Part shown: in pieces, positions 29,375 to 37,780 of the stretch
How positions within the stretch are numbered: position 1 is the first letter of the stretch
How the letters are laid out: every line of letters begins with the position of its first letter
Sequence record: PQ390715.1
Strand: one strand, 5' to 3'
Length of the DNA stretch: 64,000 nt
Made by a program: the position numbers and the translations under genes
Notes under the pieces: model-generated
The model's input: only the letters and a program-made list of their open reading frames with translations
What the model was told of the DNA's origin: nothing
The model's database searches: none

Positions 29375-30022
29375 TTATTTTTCAATTTTATCAATCATAG
29401 AAGGTGATACTTTTACATTGAATTCAGAATCAGGAAAATCTTTAGAAAATGATTCATTTTGTTCTTGTGAAAGTTCTTTTTTCGGTGGAAATAACATTTT
29501 GGCTAAATTTTTACCACATTCAATTGCTTCATCATATGACATATTTTCCCATGTTTCATGCCAAGTATTAGGATCATATTCTGTCAGTACTGAAATGAAA
29601 TCAATATCATCAGATGTATAACAAACAGCATGTTGATTAGAGAATTGTGTTGATTTATTTTTACCTAATAAAACAATTGGCTTTTCATAAGGAATGTTAA
29701 ATACCAACCCATATTCTAAGCTAAGAACAGTTTGAATATGTGAACCCTCCAATTTTGGAGTAATAGTACCATCCTTAAAGAAAATTTGCACATGACCCAA
29801 GAGGGGGGTTTCGTATGGTGTAAGTACATTTTCAGAAACTGATGTAGGTTTTACCGTTGTGAAAATACCAGATGGTGTAACCATTAATCTATTATCAAAA
29901 TTCTGATAATGCAAGTCACTCTCTGCATCATAATGATAAATTTCTAGATTTGGTTGAGATAGTAGTAATTTTGCTAACTCATGCGATTTCATATTATTTC
30001 TCCAAAAGAAAAGGAGAGTCAT
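29375..30022 (-). CDS. hypothetical protein, paralogue family B (start probably MKSHEL)
   Basis: MKSHELAKLLLSQP...VTPSGIF...NMSYDEA. Confidence 0.8.
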   Translation of the reverse strand: MTLLFFWRNNMKSHELAKLLLSQPNLEIYHYDAESDLHYQNFDNRLMVTPSGIFTTVKPTSVSENVLTPYETPLLGHVQIFFKDGTITPKLEGSHIQTVLSLEYGLVFNIPYEKPIVLLGKNKSTQFSNQHAVCYTSDDIDFISVLTEYDPNTWHETWENMSYDEAIECGKNLAKMLFPPKKELSQEQNESFSKDFPDSEFNVKVSPSMIDKIEK

Positions 30023-30040
30023 AGCGACTCTCCATATAGT

Positions 30041-30481
30041 TTATTGTAAAACTTTAAGTTTGTAAAGTGTTCCTTCAACAAAACTCATAATATCTTCTAA
30101 TGTGTTTACACTGCCGTAATCACCCGATTCTTCAAGCATATCATGAATTGCTCTGCATTGCTCAACATATTCTTCAAGAATTGGTACACAATCTTCAATT
30201 GGTGTAAAACGATAACTATTACCAGTCCCAACTTGCAAAGCACCACGATTATTCATGATACCTTCAACAAATGCGTCTACATATTCTGGTAATTCTTTAT
30301 ATAGTTCATCTAATTGTAAATGCTTTGTATAAAAATGACATTGTAAGTGCCAGTTATGTGCAGCAGAACTTAAAAACAAACTATTTTCAATAAAAGTTAA
30401 TAGTACTTCATCATATGAATTATCTTCTTCAGTACTTCCGATAAAGTCCATTACGTGTCGTAAATCATTAATATCTTCCAT
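30041..30481 (-). CDS. Dps/ferritin-like protein
   Basis: AHNWH.....Y.KH..LDELY.......D.FVE matches the Dps ferroxidase pattern. Confidence 0.75.
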   Translation of the reverse strand: MEDINDLRHVMDFIGSTEEDNSYDEVLLTFIENSLFLSSAAHNWHLQCHFYTKHLQLDELYKELPEYVDAFVEGIMNNRGALQVGTGNSYRFTPIEDCVPILEEYVEQCRAIHDMLEESGDYGSVNTLEDIMSFVEGTLYKLKVLQ

Positions 30482-30513
30482 AATATCTCTCCTTAGAGTT
30501 ATTCTCTTATTAT

Positions 30514-30942
30514 TTAGTTAATAATAAAGGTAATTTCAGGATTCATTTCCGAAACTGCATTGCGTTTACTTCTATCCCATAGTATTCTGTTATTATACAA
30601 AGAAGAATCACATACTACAAGTAAGCAATTTCTTAATCTACTTACAGTACTTTGATTATTTAAATCAGTTTCTGAAATAAAAAATACATTTTCAGGAACT
30701 ACTAAAGGAATAGATTTATCAAAAAACAAAACTACAATAGGTCTTGTTGTATGAACTGATTTAACGAAATCCAAAATACTATTATAAAAATTAGTTTCTT
30801 TAGTAATTACTGACGGATCTTTAATTCTTTTCAAATATTGCTGTGGTAATTGATGTTCGTCTTTTATCTGAAACTCAAAATATTCTTTGAATAACATTTG
30901 TGTTAATTCGGATTTATCGGATATTTTCGTTGTGTTACTCAT
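30514..30942 (-). CDS. hypothetical protein
   Basis: ORF track. Confidence 0.7.
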   Translation of the reverse strand: MSNTTKISDKSELTQMLFKEYFEFQIKDEHQLPQQYLKRIKDPSVITKETNFYNSILDFVKSVHTTRPIVVLFFDKSIPLVVPENVFFISETDLNNQSTVSRLRNCLLVVCDSSLYNNRILWDRSKRNAVSEMNPEITFIIN

Positions 30943-31082
30943 TCACTTCGTTCTCTCGTAACTCAAGAAGTCACTGCGTTTACTTCGTAAACTAGTTCCT
31001 TCTGAAAATGATAATGTACTTTAAAAACTTGACGGGATTTGTTGAGGACTATTACATCCCCCCGCAGGGGAATGAAGGTAAT

Positions 31083-31108
31083 AAAAAAGAGACAATTAAG
31101 TCTCTCTT
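31083..31108 (-). terminator. Rho-independent terminator closing the candidate ncRNA
   Basis: AGAGAC-TTAATT-GTCTCT followed by TTTTT on minus. Confidence 0.7.
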
Positions 31109-31144
31109 GACGATGATGGCATCGGATATTATCGAATTGCGAAT

Positions 31145-31326
31145 TTCTCAAATTTTGGACGGATCTTTCTTGTACCAAAATTTAGAGAGCGAAAGCGGGT
31201 TGCTCGGTTTCTCTCTATCGCAGTCATATGCAACGGTCGCTGGTCTTTTCATCAACAGCACTCAGTACTAACTCTATTCGATCAAAGTAGTACTTGTTCT
31301 CAAATTTTGGACGCAACTTTCTTGTA
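31145..31326. repeat. two 30-nt direct repeats (31145-31174 and 31297-31326)
   Basis: TTCTCAAATTTTGGACG(GAT/CAA)CTTTCTTGTA, 27/30 identical. Confidence 0.9.
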
Positions 31327-31603
31327 AAAATTGCGTCCGCTATTCTTGAACTCCCTTAGCAAATCTGGTAAGGTGCGAACCTTATACATCTATCTAGGAA
31401 CTCTCTGTATGCTTATCGGAGTTCTTTATACAGCCGTGTCGCCGTGATTCGTGGTCTTACATCGTGTTTGTTTGAATGCCAGTACTCTAACAGGTTTCTT
31501 CTGCTGTTCGCTACAACGGTAAAGCTCATCTATCCTTTACATTTTCAAGAGAAGTAGGTTCTCAGTGTCCATTTTTCAATGTCCGTTGTCATTTTCTATA
31601 TAC

Positions 31604-31632
31604 ATTATATCATTGGAACATATAATGTCCCA
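31604..31632 (-). promoter_or_regulatory. GGGACA-class promoter
   Basis: TGGGACA, N16 spacer ending TGA, TATAAT, immediately after the stop of 31633-32109. Confidence 0.65.
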
Positions 31633-32109
31633 TTACATGTATACTTTTTTTAAATCCTTAGAACAACGATCAAAAATTGTGTTTATGAATTCAACATCTT
31701 CGATAATATTCGAATCGTTAGCAACATTTTCATTTCTTGTCGTGTTCCTATATGTGTGTTCAGGATGATTGTATACCACCTTGACTACATTATTTAGGTC
31801 TATAAAATTTGACGTTTTTTGCGTATAGGAAGCCTGAAGCTTGATGAGTTTACCATCATTCTCAAGATTGGTTTTATGAATTAGTTCTTCAATGCCAGTT
31901 AAATGGCTATAGCTATCTTTTTCTTTTACAAAAGTAATAGTAACAAGAACTGCTTTCTCATCTCCCATATCGGAAATGTTTTTTACAGCACTGATAATTT
32001 CTAAGTTTGAAAAATCTAATTCTTTAAGCATTTTACAAATATTTCCACAAAGTTCGATAAGTGATAATTTCTTCTCTGGTAACAGAAACTTCATTGCACT
32101 TAACACCAT
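31633..32109 (-). CDS. hypothetical protein (start probably MLKEL, about 32030)
   Basis: ORF track; the later start removes the overlap. Confidence 0.7.
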   Translation of the reverse strand: MVLSAMKFLLPEKKLSLIELCGNICKMLKELDFSNLEIISAVKNISDMGDEKAVLVTITFVKEKDSYSHLTGIEELIHKTNLENDGKLIKLQASYTQKTSNFIDLNNVVKVVYNHPEHTYRNTTRNENVANDSNIIEDVEFINTIFDRCSKDLKKVYM

Positions 32110-32389
32110 CAGTTTCAGTACTGAATGGTTGTACTGGTCTATCTTCTGTTAAACCTCGTTCATAAGTACAATGATAAAACTTATTTGTGCTCATGTCAAG
32201 AAATACGAGATCAAATTCTTCAGTCCACCTTCTGTGTCCTTTGCTTTCATTGCAGATGATTTTATATTTTACATCTGGTTTAAAAGTTTCAGTACTGTCA
32301 TCCCATGCACCATAGTCAGTATATTCATCATTTTCATCTAACTCTGCTAGATGCCACATTAATTGTGGTAAAAAGATTTTAGATTTCAT
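32033..32389 (-). CDS. hypothetical protein
   Basis: ORF track; GGAG RBS. Confidence 0.75.
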   Translation of the reverse strand: MKSKIFLPQLMWHLAELDENDEYTDYGAWDDSTETFKPDVKYKIICNESKGHRRWTEEFDLVFLDMSTNKFYHCTYERGLTEDRPVQPFSTETDGVKCNEVSVTREEIITYRTLWKYL

Positions 32390-32400
32390 TTATTTTCTCC

Positions 32401-32430
32401 AAAAAAAAAGGACTTGAATACTCAAGTCCC
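32401..32430 (-). terminator. Rho-independent terminator
   Basis: GGACTTGA/TCAAGTCC stem plus T9 on minus. Confidence 0.85.
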
Positions 32431-32561
32431 TATAATATCATATCAATCATGTTTATTCAATTTCTTCTGTTCTTTTTTCAAAGCTTTCATATGACGACCA
32501 AACTCTCGAACATGCCATAGATGATCAGTTTCCCATAATTCTTGACGTAACCTACGTTCTT

Positions 32562-33101
32562 CTAGTAGTTTTGACTTGTCAATGTTATTTTTCTTTTTTT
32601 TTGTACATTAAAGAAATTATTCATATGTTCTTGGAGAAGATTACGACCTTTAACTTTCTCAAGAAACTCATCAACTGTTTCAGTTTTATTCGAACGTAGT
32701 TGATTACATCTGGAGCACATAGTATTAAAGTTTGACTCTAAATCAGGTCCACCCTTAGATGCCAGATGATTATGGTCAACTGTCATTAAAACTTCATAAA
32801 GACCACATACAGCATATACATTTAAATGTGGTTTACCATATACTGGATCAGAACATAATGAACGTTCAATGCGTACTTCAGTAGCTTCAATCCCACATGC
32901 CACGCATTTTGGATTCTTAACAAAAGTAAGAACTTTTTGTGGGAAATATCGAAAAGTAATACCATTTAAAGTGTAGCGTTTCATCTTAGTACTTCGTTGA
33001 TTTAATTCTTCAAGAAGTGATAATTTTGTCGTATAGTAAACATGATATTTGTTCATTTTATTCCTTGATATTGATTTTAATATCTTTACCTTGTAAATCA
33101 C
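32562..33101 (-). CDS. HNH endonuclease; may extend to 32443 through the A9 run
   Basis: CVACG, TVDH..LASKGG, N....CSRCN motifs. Confidence 0.85.
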   Translation of the reverse strand: MIYKVKILKSISRNKMNKYHVYYTTKLSLLEELNQRSTKMKRYTLNGITFRYFPQKVLTFVKNPKCVACGIEATEVRIERSLCSDPVYGKPHLNVYAVCGLYEVLMTVDHNHLASKGGPDLESNFNTMCSRCNQLRSNKTETVDEFLEKVKGRNLLQEHMNNFFNVQKKRKITLTSQNY

Positions 33102-33366
33102 GAATAGTTTTAATCAATGCGTCATGTTTTAAAGCACATTCATTGTATACTGCATCCCAACGAGTAAGTACTTTAAGAATTTCTGCACCATCATAACCTT
33201 TAAAACCATTTTTGTCAATCATAATTTTTTGTGGTAGAGGTGTATCATCATCACATCTTTCTAACAGAATTTCTTGTTTAATTGGTGCGGGGGATTGTAG
33301 TTTTACTTGCTCGGCACACCCACTTATAATTAAAAAAGAAATCATTGGAACTAATAATTTTTTCAT
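33058..33366 (-). CDS. outer-membrane spanin (Rz1-like lipoprotein)
   Basis: Lipobox IISGC; LLERC...C..KH pattern; overlaps the i-spanin stop. Confidence 0.8.
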   Translation of the reverse strand: MKKLLVPMISFLIISGCAEQVKLQSPAPIKQEILLERCDDDTPLPQKIMIDKNGFKGYDGAEILKVLTRWDAVYNECALKHDALIKTIRDLQGKDIKINIKE

Positions 33367-33737
33367 TTGAATTTATTCCTCGCTGCTTGAGAATTTTGTT
33401 TTAGTTCATTCAGTACTTTTACACCATCTTCATCTAAACATACATTCTTATAAACTTCACGTTCTACAATAAAAGGAACCTTTGTTTCAATAACTTTAGC
33501 ATTATCTTCCATGATTTTTTTAGTTTCAAGGTAATTTTTTGCATTTTCTTGTTGCATTTTATCCAAGGCGGTATCAACTTTTTTAGCTATTTGTTGCTCT
33601 ATGCTTTGTTGATATCCACTGTAATAAGTATTAGCTTCCCAACCAGCATAAGCTGAACCGCCAATTAATAATACAAAAGAAATTGGTTTCCAAAATGGAA
33701 TAAGAATTTTTGAAACAATTATTTCTAACATACTCAT
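33363..33737 (-). CDS. inner-membrane spanin (Rz-like)
   Basis: N-terminal TM, coiled coil, single Cys (YKNVC); late promoter TCTAAATA at 33765-33772. Confidence 0.8.
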   Translation of the reverse strand: MSMLEIIVSKILIPFWKPISFVLLIGGSAYAGWEANTYYSGYQQSIEQQIAKKVDTALDKMQQENAKNYLETKKIMEDNAKVIETKVPFIVEREVYKNVCLDEDGVKVLNELKQNSQAARNKFK

Positions 33738-33790
33738 AATAATATCTCCTATAGTTGATGATATTATTTAGAGTATACAATTGTATAGTT

Positions 33791-34210
33791 TTACAACATT
33801 TTTTGAATATGTTCTACTAGTTCATACAGCTTCGTTTCATTATTCTCGAACTTTTCATCAACTTCAACATTGAATTTTTCTTCTAGTTCCATGACCATTT
33901 CAATCCAATCAAGCCAATCAAAATTGAATTTTTCTTCGACTTCCAATTTAGTAAGATTGAAGTTCGCTGATACCTCATTCTCTGATGTATCACAGTAACG
34001 AGTAGTGATGAATTTGACAATTTCTTTTTCAACATCGTTTAATTCACGAGTTTGATATTCGGGCTGAAGATACCACCATTCTCCCTTATTAATAGATTCC
34101 AATTCTTGTTTGATTTCATGCATTACTTTATAACGGTCAGTACTTTTATCAATAGAATTTACTTCTTGGTTCAATACATGTAGTGCATTTTTAATACGTT
34201 CATTTAACAT
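33791..34210 (-). CDS. acyl-carrier-protein-like protein lacking the phosphopantetheine serine
   Basis: FDWLDWIEMVMELEEKFNVEV aligns with ACP [21 protein letters not shown]; DSL reads DWL. Confidence 0.7.
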   Translation of the reverse strand: MLNERIKNALHVLNQEVNSIDKSTDRYKVMHEIKQELESINKGEWWYLQPEYQTRELNDVEKEIVKFITTRYCDTSENEVSANFNLTKLEVEEKFNFDWLDWIEMVMELEEKFNVEVDEKFENNETKLYELVEHIQKML

Positions 34211-34284
34211 TTTATCACCTTATAAAAAAAGAGAACTCCATATGAAGTTCTCTGATTATACATAATTACTTTTTCTATGTCAAG

Positions 34285-37074
34285 TTATAAATCACGGAAA
34301 CGATTTGGTGTGTTTAAGCGGTACATTGAGTATAATCCCAATCCACGCATAATCTCACCTGCCCAGAAACCAAAAAACATACCATTATCAGTACCTTCTC
34401 TAACTGCTGGACTCCATGAACCATTCATTGGTGAACCTGGATTTACAATAACATAATTCTTTTGAAGTTCGAGAACTAAGTTATCAGCGAGTGTTGTTAG
34501 ACCTTCTATTTTACATCCAGCCAATCCAGCAGCACAAGCCCCAGCTAACCACAACCCACACATATGACCTGTAAAGTCCCAATCTGGACCTTCAACTGTG
34601 CCATCTTTATTGAAGATTGTTGGTGAACGACCATCATTATCTTTTTGAAATTGAATTAAAAAGTGAATCCAATTCTCACAAAATTCAACAAGATCTGCTG
34701 GTGGTTCAATTCCTCTCTCTGCGAGTTCTTGCCATGCTCTGGCAGCCCCAAAGAACGCACGTGGTTCATACCCACTCCATGCTTGATCACCCCAATGTAG
34801 CATAGTAAATGTATCTGGTTCACCATATTTTAAGTTATCCCAGCGGTTCCAAACATATGCTTGTGCACACGGACCAACAGTACCGAATTGTTGAGTAAAC
34901 CATGTTTGGGAATCTTTCATAAAGCTTAACATGTTTCCTAAGCGTGTGTTATCTACCGGCTGGTCTTTAAAACAATATATCACAGGATATTGATAACCTG
35001 GATACGGTAAACCACGCCATCCTGAATACTGGTTCGCATACGGGTCAGTGATGTTAGAAAATGGTATTGTTCCTGGTGTGTAATGCAATGAGTTTAACAA
35101 ATAATCCTTGATTACACAATCCCCTAACTGTGCAGTATATGGTGATTCACCTGCAATTGTTATTGAAAATGTCATAGTATAGTCATCACCGTCAGCATCC
35201 GTGTATAATTCTGGAATGTCATTAATACAATACCAATCAATTATTGCAGCAACACCATCTACTGGGGTTGTATCAGGTAAAATAGTAATATCTTCTAGTT
35301 CACTATAAACTGGTGCATCTGGTCTTGGGTCAGAACTTGGATGATTTGGCTGATACCCAGATAAACGTAATGTATCGGAACTTAGTGTGATTGTAGTCCA
35401 TTCCCCGTGTGTTGCAGGAATCATCCACCACCATCTCCAACCATTATCATCTACAATTCTTATATTGTAATCATCTTCATATGAACGATAGGTAAAAGAT
35501 TTAACTTCAGACTTATTTGTTGCTAATAGCCAAAATCCAATAACAGCACCATCATCTTCACCACAAACTAACTGATTAATGGTATCGCGGCGTGTAACTA
35601 ATATATCAGTACTATATATCATTTCGGACGTAGCTGCACCATAAGGAACAACAATTCTACTATCAGCAATTATATAAGGGGAACCATCTGCTTTCTTTTC
35701 TCTAACAAATGCACTTAAAGGTGTTAATGAATGTGTGATATTTTGGTCTTTACTTTCCGGTAAGCCACAACGATAACGAACAACATCATGGTCATTTTTT
35801 GTTTTTGACAATTCCAGTACTGGTTTAAATGATAACGGATTACCATCATCACATACACCACCATAGTCTACAAGTAATTTAGAATCAGCATTGACCCTGA
35901 ACCAAATAGCTTGTTGTTCCATAGTACTTTGTGCACTTTGGTCTTGCCTGATAGTAATATATCCTAGAGAATTTCTACCAAACTTAGCAATAGCATCACT
36001 AGGATAAAAATATTCATAGGAAATACCATCAGTGAATGGTGTGGTTACAATTGTACTTTGTCTGAAAAATTTATCTCTGGAGTCAATATCACCATAAGCA
36101 TAACACGTTAGTAGTGAACATTTCCAACCCAAATAATGTTTTCTTTCTTTTGTTATTTTATATAACAAATAAGAAGCATCACTAAACCATAATTCTGCAT
36201 CTGATGCGTTATCAGCAAATTCCAAATCAATTGGAACATGAAGAGGGCGGTTGTGTTGCATTTCATTTCGTTGAATTATCACACCACCATATTCTACTGG
36301 TTGACGATTTGCAAAATTTAATTTATATACACCATTAATTGTTGTATTCTTTAATTGAACAGTTCCTTTTTCAGATTCGTCAAAACCTTCTGCTAAAATA
36401 TTACCATCCCAGTCGATTTTTCTACCCATGAAATCGATAATCCAGTCAACATCATATTGTTCACCTGGTGTATCCCAATCAACACTACCATCTGGTAATA
36501 ATGCTTTTACTGAAGCATTTATTTGGTTCCATGCTAACGCACCTTTGAATGCAAATGTCACTTTATCCAAGAACTGACCATAATATGGTGCACCATGTGG
36601 TATTTTACATTGACCATTAGTAAATGTAAATTCTACTCCCTTGAAACCACCATGTGTGGGCCAGCCATCATCAGCTAAAGGCCAGTTAGCCAATATAGGT
36701 TCTTTGGCATTAACTATCCAGTTACATTGTAGTGGTGTAGGTGGATCTGGTAATTCACGTCCAGCATAAAAGTACTGATGATATGCGTCCCAATACCACT
36801 TTGCCTTATCTAAAAACATTGGATCATTTGTTGCCAGATACGCATAAATGTATCCTAAAATTAATAGACTTTGACCTTCTGTTGTCCCGTCACCGTTTGG
36901 TTGACCTTCCATTGCAGAATAGTTAATAAAATGACGGTTGTTCGCCAAAACACCCTGATTATTCACCACATAATGTTGTACTGTTGGGTCTATTGTATCA
37001 CCAGTATTTCTTTCAATAAATTTGTGATGCCCATAAAGAAGTTGTACAATATTATCAATATTATTGTTTAACAT
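34285..37074 (-). CDS. large virion protein with split GH8-like (alpha/alpha)6 barrel and inserted beta domains
   Basis: GTTEGQSLLILG and NASDAELW resemble GH8 (BcsZ) TTSEGQSY and SASDGDVW. Confidence 0.6.
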   Translation of the reverse strand: MLNNNIDNIVQLLYGHHKFIERNTGDTIDPTVQHYVVNNQGVLANNRHFINYSAMEGQPNGDGTTEGQSLLILGYIYAYLATNDPMFLDKAKWYWDAYHQYFYAGRELPDPPTPLQCNWIVNAKEPILANWPLADDGWPTHGGFKGVEFTFTNGQCKIPHGAPYYGQFLDKVTFAFKGALAWNQINASVKALLPDGSVDWDTPGEQYDVDWIIDFMGRKIDWDGNILAEGFDESEKGTVQLKNTTINGVYKLNFANRQPVEYGGVIIQRNEMQHNRPLHVPIDLEFADNASDAELWFSDASYLLYKITKERKHYLGWKCSLLTCYAYGDIDSRDKFFRQSTIVTTPFTDGISYEYFYPSDAIAKFGRNSLGYITIRQDQSAQSTMEQQAIWFRVNADSKLLVDYGGVCDDGNPLSFKPVLELSKTKNDHDVVRYRCGLPESKDQNITHSLTPLSAFVREKKADGSPYIIADSRIVVPYGAATSEMIYSTDILVTRRDTINQLVCGEDDGAVIGFWLLATNKSEVKSFTYRSYEDDYNIRIVDDNGWRWWWMIPATHGEWTTITLSSDTLRLSGYQPNHPSSDPRPDAPVYSELEDITILPDTTPVDGVAAIIDWYCINDIPELYTDADGDDYTMTFSITIAGESPYTAQLGDCVIKDYLLNSLHYTPGTIPFSNITDPYANQYSGWRGLPYPGYQYPVIYCFKDQPVDNTRLGNMLSFMKDSQTWFTQQFGTVGPCAQAYVWNRWDNLKYGEPDTFTMLHWGDQAWSGYEPRAFFGAARAWQELAERGIEPPADLVEFCENWIHFLIQFQKDNDGRSPTIFNKDGTVEGPDWDFTGHMCGLWLAGACAAGLAGCKIEGLTTLADNLVLELQKNYVIVNPGSPMNGSWSPAVREGTDNGMFFGFWAGEIMRGLGLYSMYRLNTPNRFRDL

Positions 37075-37075
37075 A

Positions 37076-37703
37076 TCATACTCCTGCTCTAATTAATGCA
37101 CCGTACCATGTAACTCCTTTATCATATGTTTCTAATGAAATAATATCTTTTTCACCAATTTCATAAGAAAGAACAACTGGTCTGTTATATGACCATTTAA
37201 CATTAGAACCCCAATTAACTAGGTTTGAACCTGTTTGTTGTGTTAATAGGATGGTAATTGAATAAACTTCAGTAGGAGCCGCACCAATCGAAATAGTAGT
37301 ATTTCTATCAGATAAATTAATATTAAAAACAGAATTGCCCGACAGTGGATTAATTAAAATATTATTAGAACTTAATACATTATATAACTTATTACTTGCA
37401 CTATCATATAATGTTACCCATTCAGTTTCATGATTCTCGTTAGTAGCTTTAGCTTTTATCTTAACATTATTTTCAGAATCAGTCATTCCAGTCCATCCAG
37501 ATATAATAAAAGAACTGTTTTTATTAGTTCCGAATGATGCAATCACAGAATCACTAAGAGAACTATCTTCACCATCAATAGATCCGAGTACTGACAATGT
37601 TAAAACCATCATTTTTAATGTCTACACCAGTAGCACCAGAAAAATTATTTTGAAATTTAATAACTCCGGTAGTGTGGATATCTGTGAAAATTTGTTGTGC
37701 CAT
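37076..37703 (-). CDS. tail-associated protein, apparently frameshifted (42-aa ORF 37575-37703 plus 37076-37612)
   Basis: Late promoter and AAGGA RBS at 37703; span is 209 codons plus 1 nt; C-terminal LTQ.TGS..VNW..NVKW...DIISL.TYD.G.TWYG fibre-type domain. Confidence 0.65.
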
Positions 37704-37780
37704 ACTTAATCCTTGTGTTAATTTATATTGAGTATTTATTGAGTGTAATGGCATTTTTAGTACCATTACACTTGTATATG

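Larger units (their letters stand above)
31083..31597 (-). ncRNA. candidate large structured non-coding RNA (about 515 nt)
   Basis: Promoter at 31604-31632 and terminator at 31083-31108; longest minus-strand ATG ORF I found is 38 aa; many stems whose irregular pairs are G-U on minus but C-A on plus; a 30-nt repeat occurs twice. Confidence 0.6.

Noticed and set aside
31055-31074. Hairpin resembling a type I-E CRISPR repeat (TTCCCC...GGGG)
   Set aside because: Single copy, no spacer, lacks the 3' handle; no array or cas genes in the window.
31040-31110. Group I intron P7-like pair (GAGACU ... UAGUCC)
   Set aside because: GAGACU is already paired in a U-tailed terminator; no P4/P6 core or interrupted host gene is evident.
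31008-31271. Plus-strand 87-aa ORF (and minus ORF 30963-31178) within the structured region
   Set aside because: No RBS, composition unlike neighbouring genes, and both cross a terminator and paired stems; better explained as chance ORFs.
31200-31500. RNase P-like fragments on minus (CCUAGAUAGAUG, GAGCAA, GAAGAAACC)
   Set aside because: The elements are in the wrong order and no proper P4 pairing (GAGGAAAGUCC with CCGGCUUA) forms. A covariance search is needed to exclude it formally.
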